Shown piece after piece: positions 26,377 through 36,238 of a stretch of DNA of 62,675 nt. Positions within the stretch are counted from its first letter, which is position 1; each line of letters starts with the position of its first letter. The position numbers and the translations under genes are program-made. The DNA comes from Tolypothrix carrinoi HA7290-LM1 (lineage in GTDB: Bacteria > Cyanobacteriota > Cyanobacteriia > Cyanobacteriales > Nostocaceae). The stretch covers positions 1-62,675 of the forward strand of contig JAHHIK010000043.1 in the NCBI GenBank assembly GCA_019358935.1. The letters are read 5' to 3'. The notes under the pieces are model-generated. The model was not told the origin of the DNA. It worked only from the letters and a program-made list of their open reading frames with translations, and did no database searches.

Positions 26377-26700
26377 ATGCTTCAAAGTTTCTACTTAATA
26401 CTTTGCATCCTTGGTTTTGTTTTGCCCTATTCTCAGTTCGTTCCGTTTCTTTTGGAACATGGACTTGATATAAAGCTGTTTTTTGAACAGCTTTTTGCTA
26501 ACCGAATTTCTGGATTTTTTGGCATGGATGTTGCGGTGTCATCCCTAGTCCTCTGGACATTTGTATTTTGGGAAGGAACACGTTTGAAAATGCGATATCT
26601 CTGGGTTTACGTTGTCTGCAATCTTTTGGTTGGCGTTTCGTTTGGTTTGCCATTGTTTCTATTAATTCGACAGCACCAAGTTGAACAGCAAACTGACTAA
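26377..26700 (+). CDS. DUF2834-like small membrane protein
   Basis: G.VLPYSQF..F, FAN.IS.FF..D, VGVSFGLPLFL. Confidence 0.85.
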   Translation: MLQSFYLILCILGFVLPYSQFVPFLLEHGLDIKLFFEQLFANRISGFFGMDVAVSSLVLWTFVFWEGTRLKMRYLWVYVVCNLLVGVSFGLPLFLLIRQHQVEQQTD

Positions 26701-26785
26701 TTGTAGTTAGCATTTCAGCGCTGTTAGCGGAGCTTTCCCGTAGGGTAGCGCCGACTACGAAGTTATCAAAACTTAGGACTATAAT

Positions 26786-27952
26786 ATGCTTTCCAAACTA
26801 TTTCGGAAAACTCCGCTAGCGTGGCGGCAGTTAATGAAAGAAAAAACTCGTCTGATAATTGCAGCGGCTGGGATCGCCTTTGCAGACATGCTAATGTTTA
26901 GTCAATTGGGCTTACAAGACTCGCTTTATGACAGCGCTACGCTACCGCATAGCTTACTACAAGCAGATTTAGTACTTATTAATCCCCAATTTCAAACTTT
27001 AGCCTCACCGAAAAGCTTTCTTAGAGAACGATTGTATCAAACATTAGCTTCGGAAAGTGTTGAAGCAGTCAGTTCAATTTATATTGGTATGGGACAGTGG
27101 AAAAATGCTCAGACTCGCTTAAATCGGGCGATTTTAATATGGGGAATAGAACCCGAAGCCCCCAGCTTTAAGTTACCAGAAGTTAGACAAAATGCGACAG
27201 AGTTAAAACTTCTGAATAACGTATTATTCGATCGCGCTTCTCGTCCCGAATATGGTGCGATCGCCAACAAGAAGCAAAAGGATGAGACAATAGAAACAGA
27301 ATTGAATAACCAAAACATTCAAGTAACAGGACTGTTTACTCTTGGGACATCCTTTGGTGCTGATGGTAACGTCATCACCAGCGATTCCACATTTTTAAAG
27401 TTGTTTCCCGAACGTCAACCGCATCAAATAGACGTAGGTTTAATCCAACTAAAATCAGGTATAAATCCTAACATAGCTAAAGTGCAGCTTATCGCCGCCC
27501 TGCCGAACGATGTCAAAGTTTTGACTCGCGAAGACTTTATTGCAGTTGAGAGATATTACTGGGAAAGCCAAGGCACAATAGGCTTTATTTTCGGACTTGG
27601 TGTAGTAGTCGGCTTTATCGTCGGGATTGTGATTGTTTATCAAATACTCTACACCGACGTGACAAATCATTTACCAGAATATGCCACATTAAAAGCAATG
27701 GGTTATAGCGATCGCTACCTCCTCGGTGTCTTGTTACAAGAAGCACTGCTGTTAGCAGGATTAGGGTATATTCCCGGATTTGCGATCTCCATCGGACTTT
27801 ATCAACTGACATATGCAGCGACACTCCTACCGATTGGGATGACACTCAGTCGCGCCATCAGCGTATTTATTTTAACCGTAGTCATGTGTAGTGCATCAGG
27901 TGCGATCGCCATGCGAAAACTACAAGCCGCCGATCCCGCCGACATCTTCTAA
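26786..27952 (+). CDS. DevC-family ABC exporter permease
   Basis: PLAWRQL, GIAFADMLMF.QLG, YQILYTDV..HLPEYATLKAMGY, ADPADIF. Confidence 0.95.
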   Translation: MLSKLFRKTPLAWRQLMKEKTRLIIAAAGIAFADMLMFSQLGLQDSLYDSATLPHSLLQADLVLINPQFQTLASPKSFLRERLYQTLASESVEAVSSIYIGMGQWKNAQTRLNRAILIWGIEPEAPSFKLPEVRQNATELKLLNNVLFDRASRPEYGAIANKKQKDETIETELNNQNIQVTGLFTLGTSFGADGNVITSDSTFLKLFPERQPHQIDVGLIQLKSGINPNIAKVQLIAALPNDVKVLTREDFIAVERYYWESQGTIGFIFGLGVVVGFIVGIVIVYQILYTDVTNHLPEYATLKAMGYSDRYLLGVLLQEALLLAGLGYIPGFAISIGLYQLTYAATLLPIGMTLSRAISVFILTVVMCSASGAIAMRKLQAADPADIF

Positions 27953-27997
27953 CTTTCCTCCTTTGCGTCTTTGCTACGAGTGCGTGAGAAAAATTCC

Positions 27998-28684
27998 ATG
28001 TCAACACAAAGAGTCATCTCCGTCCAAAACCTCAACCATTACTTTGGTAGTGGAGAACTTCGCAAACAAGCATTATTCGACATTAACTTAGAAATTTATC
28101 CAGGCGACATAGTAATTATGACAGGTCCAAGTGGTTCCGGAAAAACCACACTATTGTCCCTCATGGGTGGACTGCGTTCCGCTCAAGAAGGTAGCCTAAA
28201 AATATTATCAGAAGAAATGTGCAAGGCAAGCAAAAAGCAGTTAACTCAGATTCGGCGACAGATAGGCTATATTTTCCAAGCGCATAACCTGATGACATTT
28301 TTGACAGCTAAAGAAAATGTGCGAATGTCTCTAGAGTTACATGACGAAATGTTAAATCAAGATATAGATAGCAAAGCGCTTGCGATGTTAGAAACAGTAG
28401 GTTTGGGAAATCGTGCGAATTATTACCCAGAAAATCTCTCAGGTGGACAAAGACAAAGAGTCGCGATCGCTCGTGCCTTGATCGGTCAACCTAAAATAGT
28501 TTTAGCAGACGAACCCACCGCTGCACTCGACAAAAAATCTGGACGCGATGTCGTCGAATTGATGCAAAAGTTAGCAAAAGAACAAGGTTGTACAATTTTG
28601 CTGGTTACTCATGATAACCGCATCCTTGATATTGCCGATCGCATCATTTATATGGAAGATGGTCAATTAAAAGATGAAGGATGA
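27998..28684 (+). CDS. DevA-family ABC exporter ATP-binding protein
   Basis: GPSGSGKT, LSGGQRQR, LADEPT, VTHD. Confidence 0.95.
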   Translation: MSTQRVISVQNLNHYFGSGELRKQALFDINLEIYPGDIVIMTGPSGSGKTTLLSLMGGLRSAQEGSLKILSEEMCKASKKQLTQIRRQIGYIFQAHNLMTFLTAKENVRMSLELHDEMLNQDIDSKALAMLETVGLGNRANYYPENLSGGQRQRVAIARALIGQPKIVLADEPTAALDKKSGRDVVELMQKLAKEQGCTILLVTHDNRILDIADRIIYMEDGQLKDEG

Positions 28685-28748
28685 TTTAAAGATGCAACAA
28701 AGCAATCTGCTACTCTAGGCGTGCATTGATTCCTTCTAAAAACAGCTA

Positions 28749-29402
28749 ATGGCAATTAATAATATATTTACAGCAGGTGGCGTGGTTATGATACCCCTGC
28801 TGGGGTTTAGCGTGTTGGCGGTGGCGTTGATTATTGAGCGTATCAGGTTTTGGGTCATATTGGTTAGCCGCCAACGCCGGATGGTGCAAGAAGTGCTGAA
28901 TTTTTATCGTCTGAATAATGTAGTTAGTGCGATCGATAAATTACAGCAAAATACTAACTTGCCTCTAGCCCGCATTTTTTTAGCAGCATTAGAATTAGAA
29001 GAAGCGACACCAGAAGACTTTCGTTTAGCATTAGAAACAGCAGCGCAAGCCGAGATACCTTTACTCAAACGATTTCAAAACATCTTCGACACAATTATAA
29101 GCCTTGCACCTTTGTTAGGTCTTTTGGGAACCGTTTTAGGATTAATTGCTTCTTTTGCCTCTTTAAATATAGGTGATGTGGGAGGTTCTCAAACAGCGGG
29201 TGTTACCAGTGGGATTAGTGAAGCTTTAATTTCTACCGCATTAGGATTAGTAGTTGCTATCTTTACACTGTTATTTGCTAATACATTTCGGGGACTTTAC
29301 CAGCGACAAATCGCCATGATTCAAGAGAATGGCGGACAATTAGAATTGCTTTACCGTCGTCGCTATGAACAAGCAAGAATCAAGGCAGATGACAGAAGGT
29401 GA
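28749..29402 (+). CDS. MotA/TolQ/ExbB proton channel family protein (no exbD adjacent)
   Basis: APLLGLLGTVLGLI, GISEALISTALGLVVAI. Confidence 0.93.
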   Translation: MAINNIFTAGGVVMIPLLGFSVLAVALIIERIRFWVILVSRQRRMVQEVLNFYRLNNVVSAIDKLQQNTNLPLARIFLAALELEEATPEDFRLALETAAQAEIPLLKRFQNIFDTIISLAPLLGLLGTVLGLIASFASLNIGDVGGSQTAGVTSGISEALISTALGLVVAIFTLLFANTFRGLYQRQIAMIQENGGQLELLYRRRYEQARIKADDRR

Positions 29403-29496
29403 ACCAAACGGCTGATTTCCATAGAATAAATAAATATTAAGTTTTAGTTAAAAGAAGTTTAAGCTCATCGATTAAAAGTGATAATGATCGCATTTA

Positions 29497-29516
29497 ATAT
29501 GAATGCAATTTCATAT
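29497..29516. promoter_or_regulatory. Putative ArsR/SmtB operator
   Basis: ATATGAA-N6-TTCATAT inverted repeat about 70 bp upstream of the arsR-like gene. Confidence 0.6.
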
Positions 29517-29587
29517 GAATTAGCATTCAGAGCGCGATCGCTTTCGTTAGGTGGGAAAAAATCAGTATCAGCATTAGGGGGCGATAA

Positions 29588-29881
29588 GTGGATAGCACAT
29601 CGCAGGTTGACTGCGTAGAAAGGCTGAAGGTGCTGGCAGATGAAACCCGTCTGGCAGTATTAGAACTGCTAATGAATAGTCCGATGCGTGTAGGGGAGAT
29701 GAACGCGATTCTCGGCTTGGAACAAAGTTTGCTCTCCCATCATTTACAAGTTTTGCGAACCTCTAAATTTGTGGTTAGAGAGCGTGATGGCAAAGCATTT
29801 CTCTACCGTCTAGCTCCGGATGTGGAAGTAGCTACAACTAAAGCGCTGAATCTCGGCTGTTGTGTTCTTTCGTTCAAATAA
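29588..29881 (+). CDS. ArsR/SmtB family transcriptional regulator
   Basis: LKVLADETRLAVL, QSLLSHHLQVLR, ERDGK...YRL; C-terminal CC pair. Confidence 0.92.
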   Translation: MDSTSQVDCVERLKVLADETRLAVLELLMNSPMRVGEMNAILGLEQSLLSHHLQVLRTSKFVVRERDGKAFLYRLAPDVEVATTKALNLGCCVLSFK

Positions 29882-29899
29882 AAGCCCTTATAAAAAAGC

Positions 29900-30757
29900 A
29901 TGATCAAACCTTCACAACTTTTGATACCGCTAGCGATCGCCTTAACATCCTGCGTGTGGTTGCAAGGCTGCTCTTCACCGAACACTGCTGCAACTAATAA
30001 TACAAATCAACTTCAGGGAAAACTAGTACTCACAGGGTCTAGCACCATTGCCCCATTAACTGCGGAAATCAGCAAGCGTTTTGAATCTGGGCATCCAGGT
30101 GTACGAGTAGACGTGCAATCAGGTGGTTCTTCTCGCGGTATAACTGATGCACGTCAGGGCGTGGCTGATATTGGTATGGTATCCCGTGCCTTGAAGCCGG
30201 AAGAAAAAGATTTAAAAGCATTCTCGATTGCCCGCGATGGAGTAACGGTGATTCTCCACAAAGAAAATCCCGTGCAATCTCTGAGCGACAAGCAGGTTGT
30301 AGATATTTATACTGGCAAGCTCACAAATTGGAAGCAGGTAGGAGGTCAAGATAAGGCAATTACCGTTGTTAGCAAAGCCGAAGGGCGTTCTACCCTGGAA
30401 TTGTTTACTCATTACTTCAAGCTGAAGAATACCGATATCAAGGCTCAAGTAGTGATTGGTGAAAACGAGCAGGGAATCAAGACTGTAGCAGGCAATCCCA
30501 ATGCAATTGGTTATGTCTCCATTGGTTCGGCAGAAAATAGCGCGGCGAATAAAGTACCCATCAAGCTACTGCCTGTAAATGGCGTAGCGGCGACAACTGC
30601 CAACGTGCAAAACAGTACATTTCCGATTTCTCGCCCGCTTAACTTGGTAACAAAAACCGAACCCCAAGGACTGGCAAAAGAATTTATTGACTTCGCTCAA
30701 TCGCAGCAGGTAAGTGAGATTGTTAAAAAGCAAAACTTTGTCCTCGTCTCCAAATGA
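29900..30757 (+). CDS. pstS: Phosphate ABC transporter substrate-binding lipoprotein
   Basis: Lipobox LQGC; GSST, GGSSRG, DIGMVSR, AIGYVS, PISRPL. Confidence 0.88.
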   Translation: MIKPSQLLIPLAIALTSCVWLQGCSSPNTAATNNTNQLQGKLVLTGSSTIAPLTAEISKRFESGHPGVRVDVQSGGSSRGITDARQGVADIGMVSRALKPEEKDLKAFSIARDGVTVILHKENPVQSLSDKQVVDIYTGKLTNWKQVGGQDKAITVVSKAEGRSTLELFTHYFKLKNTDIKAQVVIGENEQGIKTVAGNPNAIGYVSIGSAENSAANKVPIKLLPVNGVAATTANVQNSTFPISRPLNLVTKTEPQGLAKEFIDFAQSQQVSEIVKKQNFVLVSK

Positions 30758-31592
30758 CCTGTGGTTAATTTGGATACTGCGCTTCTTGGCAGTAATGGCG
30801 GGAGCGATCGCACTTTTAATTATCGTCTTCCTGATTTTAGAATCTCTGCCAGTCCTCAACCACGTCGGACTTACGCGCTTTTTTACCGACTCCTCTTGGA
30901 ACCCAACCGCAGGGCTATATAATCTCTTACCCATGCTTTGGGGTACACTCCTGGCAATGGTCGGCTCGGTGGTAATTGCTACCCCGATTGGGATTATCTC
31001 CGCTGTCTTTTGCCAATTCTACGCACCACTAACAGTGGCTCGGCTTTACCGTCGCCTGATTGAACTACTAGCGGGAATTCCTTCGGTAGTCTATGGATTC
31101 TGGGGATTGGTGGTGATAGTCCCCCTGATTGGTAGGATACATCCACCGGGAGCAAGTTTGTTAGCGGGTATTGCAATTCTCACGGTGATGATTCTGCCAA
31201 CAATTGCGCTTGTAGCCGATGCCAGTTTAGCAAAAGTCCCAAACTCTTATCTCCAAGGCGCAGCTGCATTGGGATTATCTCGGTGGGCAACTATCCGCCG
31301 GGTGGTGTTTCCGGCTGCCAAATCGGGATTATTTACAGGTTTGATTCTGGAAATAGGTCGCGCGATCGGCGAAACAATGGCGATTTTAATGGTGTGTGGC
31401 AATGTAGTACAAACCCCCAAAAGCTTATTTGACCCCATCCGCACCCTGACAGCAAATATAGCCTTGGAAATGGCTTATGCCACAGCAGATCACCGTTCTG
31501 CACTATTTGTCAGCGGCTTGGTGTTGATGGGACTGATTGTATTATTGGTTGCTGTTGCTGAAGCGATCGGTCACGGGAAAATTTATGGCTAA
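30714..31592 (+). CDS. pstC: Phosphate ABC transporter permease
   Basis: ELLAGIPSVVYG, GRAIGETMA, RTLTANIA; start uncertain. Confidence 0.93.
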   Translation: MRLLKSKTLSSSPNDLWLIWILRFLAVMAGAIALLIIVFLILESLPVLNHVGLTRFFTDSSWNPTAGLYNLLPMLWGTLLAMVGSVVIATPIGIISAVFCQFYAPLTVARLYRRLIELLAGIPSVVYGFWGLVVIVPLIGRIHPPGASLLAGIAILTVMILPTIALVADASLAKVPNSYLQGAAALGLSRWATIRRVVFPAAKSGLFTGLILEIGRAIGETMAILMVCGNVVQTPKSLFDPIRTLTANIALEMAYATADHRSALFVSGLVLMGLIVLLVAVAEAIGHGKIYG

Positions 31593-32454
31593 AAAAAGTT
31601 TAAACAGCCAAAATCTGATGAATTATCAAGATTGGCTGCCAACAATCGTTGTTTGGGCAACTGCGGCTATAGTTACTGGTATTTTCCTCTGGATACTTAG
31701 CGACATCCTCTGGCATGGTATGGGGCACTTGTCTTGGGAATTTCTCACGACTGAACCAGAAAATGCTGGTAGAGAAGGGGGAATTGCTCCAATTCTTGTT
31801 TCCACCGTGCTGATTATGGGGGTGTGTATGGCAGTTTCCATCCCCATCGGCGTTGGTACGGCAGTACTGCTGGCAGAATTTACCCCAACTGATAGTTTGT
31901 TTGGCAAGTTGGTGCGACGCAGTTTAGATGTATTGGCAGGAGTACCCTCGATAGTTTTCGGGTTGTTTGGCAACGTCTTCTTTTGCAAAGTTTTGGGATT
32001 GGGGTTTTCCATTTTGTCAGGAGGGCTAACTCTAGCGTGTATGGTGCTACCAATTTTAATTCGCTCCACAGAAGAAGGATTTCGCGCCGTTGAAAACGAG
32101 TATAGATTGGGTGCTGCTGCCCTTGGTTTCTCCCGCACTACTAGTTTATTTCAAATCTTGTTACCCGCTGCCGTCCCCGGTTTGGTCGTGGGAATGGTGC
32201 TTGGTATTGGTCGAGCAATTGCGGAAACAGCAGCGTTAATTTATACTAGTGGTTACGTGGATAGGATGCCGGAATCACTGCTGGATTCTGGACGTACACT
32301 TTCGATTCATATTTTTGATTTGTCGATGAATGTCTCCGGGGGAGATGCCAATGCCTACGCCTCAGCATTAGTCTTGCTGTTATTGCTACTGTTAATTAAT
32401 GGTACCGCAGCATGGATTGCCGAAAATTGGTTGCATAGGAGAATTATTACCTGA
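31585..32454 (+). CDS. pstA: Phosphate ABC transporter permease
   Basis: GGIAP, LAGVPSIVFGLFG, RAIAETAAL. Confidence 0.93.
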   Translation: MAKKSLNSQNLMNYQDWLPTIVVWATAAIVTGIFLWILSDILWHGMGHLSWEFLTTEPENAGREGGIAPILVSTVLIMGVCMAVSIPIGVGTAVLLAEFTPTDSLFGKLVRRSLDVLAGVPSIVFGLFGNVFFCKVLGLGFSILSGGLTLACMVLPILIRSTEEGFRAVENEYRLGAAALGFSRTTSLFQILLPAAVPGLVVGMVLGIGRAIAETAALIYTSGYVDRMPESLLDSGRTLSIHIFDLSMNVSGGDANAYASALVLLLLLLLINGTAAWIAENWLHRRIIT

Positions 32455-33257
32455 TGGAACCAGAATATTATCTCGCTGCCAATAGAACTTCACAACCGTT
32501 GATTCAAACAGAGAACTTGACCCTGCAATATGGGCAAAAAATAGTTTTTGCTAATATCACCTTGGACGTGAATGCTGGGGAAATACTTGCTTTGGTAGGT
32601 CCTTCCGGTTGTGGGAAAACTAGTTTTCTCAGTTGTCTGAATCGGTTGACAGATTTGATTCCCCAGTGTCGGGTAGAAGGGAAAATTCGCATCGGTACTT
32701 TAGAGGTGTTAAATGCCAAAATAAATGCGATCGCACTGCGACGCAAAGTCGGCATGATATTCCAAAAGCCCAATCCCTTTCCTTTATCTATCTGGAAAAA
32801 TCTGGAATTACCCCTACGAGAACATGGTATCCGCAACCGAGAACAAATTGATGCAATTGTGGAGACAACGTTACAAGACGTGGGACTGTGGGACGAGGTA
32901 AAAGACCGACTGCATACTTCTGCATTAGCGCTTTCTGGGGGACAGCAACAGCGCTTGTGCATCGCTAGAGCTTTGGGTTTGCAACCAGAAATCCTGTTGT
33001 TAGATGAACCTTGTAGCGCTCTCGATCCTATTTCTAGTGCGATTGTCGAGGATTTGATTGTTAGCTTGCGATCGCGTTATACCTTGCTGATTGTTACTCA
33101 TAACCTAGCGCAAGCCAAGCGCATCGCAGATAAAGTTGCTTTGTTTTGGGTGCAGGATGGTGTTGGACAGTTAGTTGAATCAGGTTCTACAAAGCAAATT
33201 TTTGAGAATCCCCAACATCCCTTAACTGCTGCCTATGTGACGGGTGCAAGGGGCTGA
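32454..33257 (+). CDS. pstB: Phosphate ABC transporter ATP-binding protein
   Basis: GPSGCGKT, FQKPNPFP, LSGGQQQRLCIAR, DEPCSALDP. Confidence 0.95.
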   Translation: MEPEYYLAANRTSQPLIQTENLTLQYGQKIVFANITLDVNAGEILALVGPSGCGKTSFLSCLNRLTDLIPQCRVEGKIRIGTLEVLNAKINAIALRRKVGMIFQKPNPFPLSIWKNLELPLREHGIRNREQIDAIVETTLQDVGLWDEVKDRLHTSALALSGGQQQRLCIARALGLQPEILLLDEPCSALDPISSAIVEDLIVSLRSRYTLLIVTHNLAQAKRIADKVALFWVQDGVGQLVESGSTKQIFENPQHPLTAAYVTGARG

Positions 33258-33447
33258 TTGGCAATTCAAAATCGAGGCGAAAACACGCCCTAGGCTTAAG
33301 TTTTGTCTTTGTTACCCGTTTGTGCATAAAGCTGCATGAGTGATTAATTTATAACTCATCACTCACAACTCATAACTAACTAAGGCTTTGGTAGTATTCT
33401 AAAATGGCAAATTCCTTTTTTGGCAAAAGATTTTGAGAGGATACACC

Positions 33448-33654
33448 ATGACTATTTGGGTAAACGAGCAAATTGATCCTTCTGGCATGATTCATGCTTG
33501 TATAGCCTGTTGTGATGAGTCTCAGGCAAAAGATTGCCATGAATCTTTTGAAGACAATTTGACTCAGATGCAAAAAGCAACTGGTTGGATAGCGCGATTG
33601 CGAACAGTTGATTCTTGGGATGAAGTTCCAGTCAATGCTTTAAAACTGAATTAA
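33448..33654 (+). CDS. Small conserved cyanobacterial protein (often labelled glycogen debranching protein; function unverified)
   Basis: GAGGA RBS; MTIWVNEQIDPSG...WDEVPVNALKL. Confidence 0.75.
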   Translation: MTIWVNEQIDPSGMIHACIACCDESQAKDCHESFEDNLTQMQKATGWIARLRTVDSWDEVPVNALKLN

Positions 33655-33741
33655 TTTACTTGCTCGTATCCAATTCCTTCTTTTTTGATTTTTCATCGTT
33701 GAGTGCTCATACCTTCCTAACTACGATTTTCGATATGGTAA

Positions 33742-33773
33742 TTAGAGACGCAAGCGATCGCTTGCGTCTCTAA
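33742..33773. repeat. Perfect 32-bp palindrome centred on HIP1
   Basis: ttagagacgcaagcga|tcgcttgcgtctctaa. Confidence 0.85.
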
Positions 33774-33998
33774 CTATATAGCGTTGCATAAATCCGGAAC
33801 TTGCCTCCGAATATAAGTAAGTACTATCATCACAAGTTAAGAAACGATAAAAGTGCGATTAAAAATTCACATTGTAGTAACAATGAATCCAAATAAACAT
33901 AACATATTATGTAAAATTGATGATTTTTATGAATGTTTAAGAGTTATCATCGAAACCAAGGATTTAAATATAAAACTTGCAAAAACCGAATAAATGTA

Positions 33999-34574
33999 GT
34001 GAACTACCCCAACGTTTACACTTCGGAGCAAGGCTGTCCCATTAATTTAGTTGGCAAACCGGGACAAGCAGTTCAGATTTCGATTCATTTGCCCAGTCAG
34101 TATATCTGTGCCAACCGCGAACGGATATTACCAGATTGGAAAAACCAGCCGTCTTTTTGGGTGGTGATTGTCTTACAGCGATCGCGATATCAATTAGTAG
34201 AAAGTACGAATACAATAGAGAAAGAAAAAGAACGCTTGCGGGAAAAGTTTATGAGGTTTGGCTGTGACGTTGCTTTTAATTTGCGCGATCGCACTTATCT
34301 GACAGACATAATCGACCCCCGCACTGGCTATCCCTTACTTTCCCATCCCGGACAAATTCCCCACGACGACACTGCCGTTGTCAAAGCTTTACTTAACTAT
34401 CCAGTGCTGAAGAATAAATGCCGTGTCTTAATTCATCCCAATTGGGGTATGGCAGTTTATCCAAGCATCTTAATATCCGAAGCTCCCCCAACGATCATCG
34501 AATCGGTAACTAAAAACATAGCCCCCATGCATGGTTGGCAAGAGGTCAGTCAAGAGTCATTAGTTAGTAGTTAG
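33999..34574 (+). CDS. MMADHC/CblD-like protein
   Basis: EKEKERLREKF, DIIDPRTGYP, C.VLIHPNWG.AVYP; start may be GTG 33999 or ATG 33933. Confidence 0.78.
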   Translation: MNYPNVYTSEQGCPINLVGKPGQAVQISIHLPSQYICANRERILPDWKNQPSFWVVIVLQRSRYQLVESTNTIEKEKERLREKFMRFGCDVAFNLRDRTYLTDIIDPRTGYPLLSHPGQIPHDDTAVVKALLNYPVLKNKCRVLIHPNWGMAVYPSILISEAPPTIIESVTKNIAPMHGWQEVSQESLVSS

Positions 34575-34745
34575 TTGCTAGTGGTTAGTGGTTAGTAGTT
34601 AGTTGCTAGTGGTTAGTTGCTAGTGGTTAGTTGCTAGTGGTTAGTTGTTAATTGTTGATTATTTTTGTCTCCCTCGTCTTTCTCATCTCCCCCACTCAAG
34701 AGCACTCCCCCCACTTCCCCACTCCCCCACTCCCCATCTCCCCAT
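34560..34745. repeat. STRR heptamers (GTGGTTA/GTTGCTA) and CCCCACT-type repeats
   Basis: Direct reading. Confidence 0.85.
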
Positions 34746-35809
34746 CAGCTATTTTTCGGTTTACGCACTTTCTGAGAACCAATTGGTCCGAGAATTTGGT
34801 TTAGGCTACGCAATTGTTCAGCTGTACCCATGCAAATCAGCAAATCTCCAGGTAATAAAATAGTATCGCCAGTGGGACCGCCGATGAGAGTGCCATCGGT
34901 GCGACGAATTGCCAGAATTAATGCCCCAGTTTGCGATCGCAATCTTGCTTTCTGCAAAGTTTCACCGAGATACGGACAAATTGCCGGATCGAGCAAAACT
35001 TCTTCCATATATAGTTGTCGGTCTGCACCTGTGAGAATACCATCAACAAAATCCATTACCTGCGGTCTGAGGGCAGCTGCTGCCATTCTTTTACCCCCAG
35101 TAATATAAGGAGAAATCACCGCATCAGCACCACCGCGTTGTAATTTTTGCACAGCTTCTTCTGTACTGGCGCGGGCGATCGCCCTAATCTTTGGGTTCAG
35201 TGTTTTTGCTGAAAGTACTGTATATAAATTTTCGGCATCAGAAGGTAGTGCTGCTACAATACAAATTGCCCGTTCAATGCCAACCTTATAGAGAGTTTCA
35301 TCTAAGGTGGCATCGCCTTGGTATAATGTAAAACCTTCCGATTGTGCTTTTCGCACCGATTCAATCTCCGAATCAATAATTACAAAAGGTACGCCTTCTG
35401 CCCGAAACTCTTTGGCAATTTGACGACCAGTCCGACTAAATCCACAGAGGATGTAATGTTCTGACAAGGATTCCATTAAACGCCGGTGTTGTCGTAATCG
35501 AATTCCTTCTTGAAAATAACCTTGAATTACAGCTTCTGTAAATCTATTGACGATATAACCGATTGTTACCACACCCATTAAAATTAAGGCGATCGTAAAC
35601 AACCGTCCTCGGTTTCCTAAGGGGTGTGTCTCACCATAGCCCACAGTAGCCAAGGTAATCACCGTCATATAAGCTGCATCTTCCCAACTCCACTTTTCTA
35701 CTAAGCTGTACCATAAAGTCCCAATGATGAAGATACCACCGAGGGCAGCGGTTCCTGCCATCAACTCTTTTTGGATGCGACGATATTTTTGCTCAAGCGT
35801 TGAATACAC
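34745..35809 (-). CDS. Potassium channel protein with TrkA-N/TrkA-C (RCK) domains
   Basis: TVGYGE selectivity filter; HYILCGFSRTG, GDAT RCK motifs. Confidence 0.95.
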   Translation of the reverse strand: MYSTLEQKYRRIQKELMAGTAALGGIFIIGTLWYSLVEKWSWEDAAYMTVITLATVGYGETHPLGNRGRLFTIALILMGVVTIGYIVNRFTEAVIQGYFQEGIRLRQHRRLMESLSEHYILCGFSRTGRQIAKEFRAEGVPFVIIDSEIESVRKAQSEGFTLYQGDATLDETLYKVGIERAICIVAALPSDAENLYTVLSAKTLNPKIRAIARASTEEAVQKLQRGGADAVISPYITGGKRMAAAALRPQVMDFVDGILTGADRQLYMEEVLLDPAICPYLGETLQKARLRSQTGALILAIRRTDGTLIGGPTGDTILLPGDLLICMGTAEQLRSLNQILGPIGSQKVRKPKNS

Positions 35810-35824
35810 AGTTTTTCACCATTT

Positions 35825-36155
35825 GGGGCATTGGGCATGGGGGAGGCAGTGCAGTCTTGGGGTCTCCTCAAGTGGAGCATCTGCCGTCATGGGGCATGGG
35901 GCATCGGGCAATGGGCAATTGTTTAATGGGCCCTATCGCAATGGGCATTGGTCCGGACACCTGCACAGGAAGGGCAATGCCCGACTTGAGCAGTGTGTCC
36001 GCCATCGGCAGTGCGTTGGACGGGTTCCCCAATGCCCAATGCCCCATGACGCCAGATGCCTCAACGGAGGGAACCTCCGCACGGCACTGGCTCCCCCATG
36101 CCCGATGCCCCATGCCCGATGCCCAATGCCCAATGCCCAATGCCCCATGCCCCAA
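35825..36155. repeat. STRR (GGGGCAT/TGCCCAA) tract with four embedded ~45-nt dispersed repeats
   Basis: Units at about 35843-35888, 35953-36002, 36006-36030 (partial) and 36048-36091. Confidence 0.85.
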
Positions 36156-36238
36156 ATAATAAGAAATTTTTCGTAATTTCTATCAAACTAGTAAATGACT
36201 ATACGATAAAAAACTTTCAGGAGTGGCGAAGCGTAAGT

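Noticed and set aside
28749..29402. exbB without exbD/tonB as a novel system
   Set aside because: Cyanobacteria carry several paralogs and the partner may be elsewhere; the divergent C-terminus suggests simple rearrangement.
35724..36238. Multiple short ORFs and a 61-aa N-terminal extension of ArgD
   Set aside because: Derived from (TGCCCCA)n and dispersed repeats; an AGGAG precedes the ATG at 36239. The same applies to the apparent extensions of IspF and LarB.
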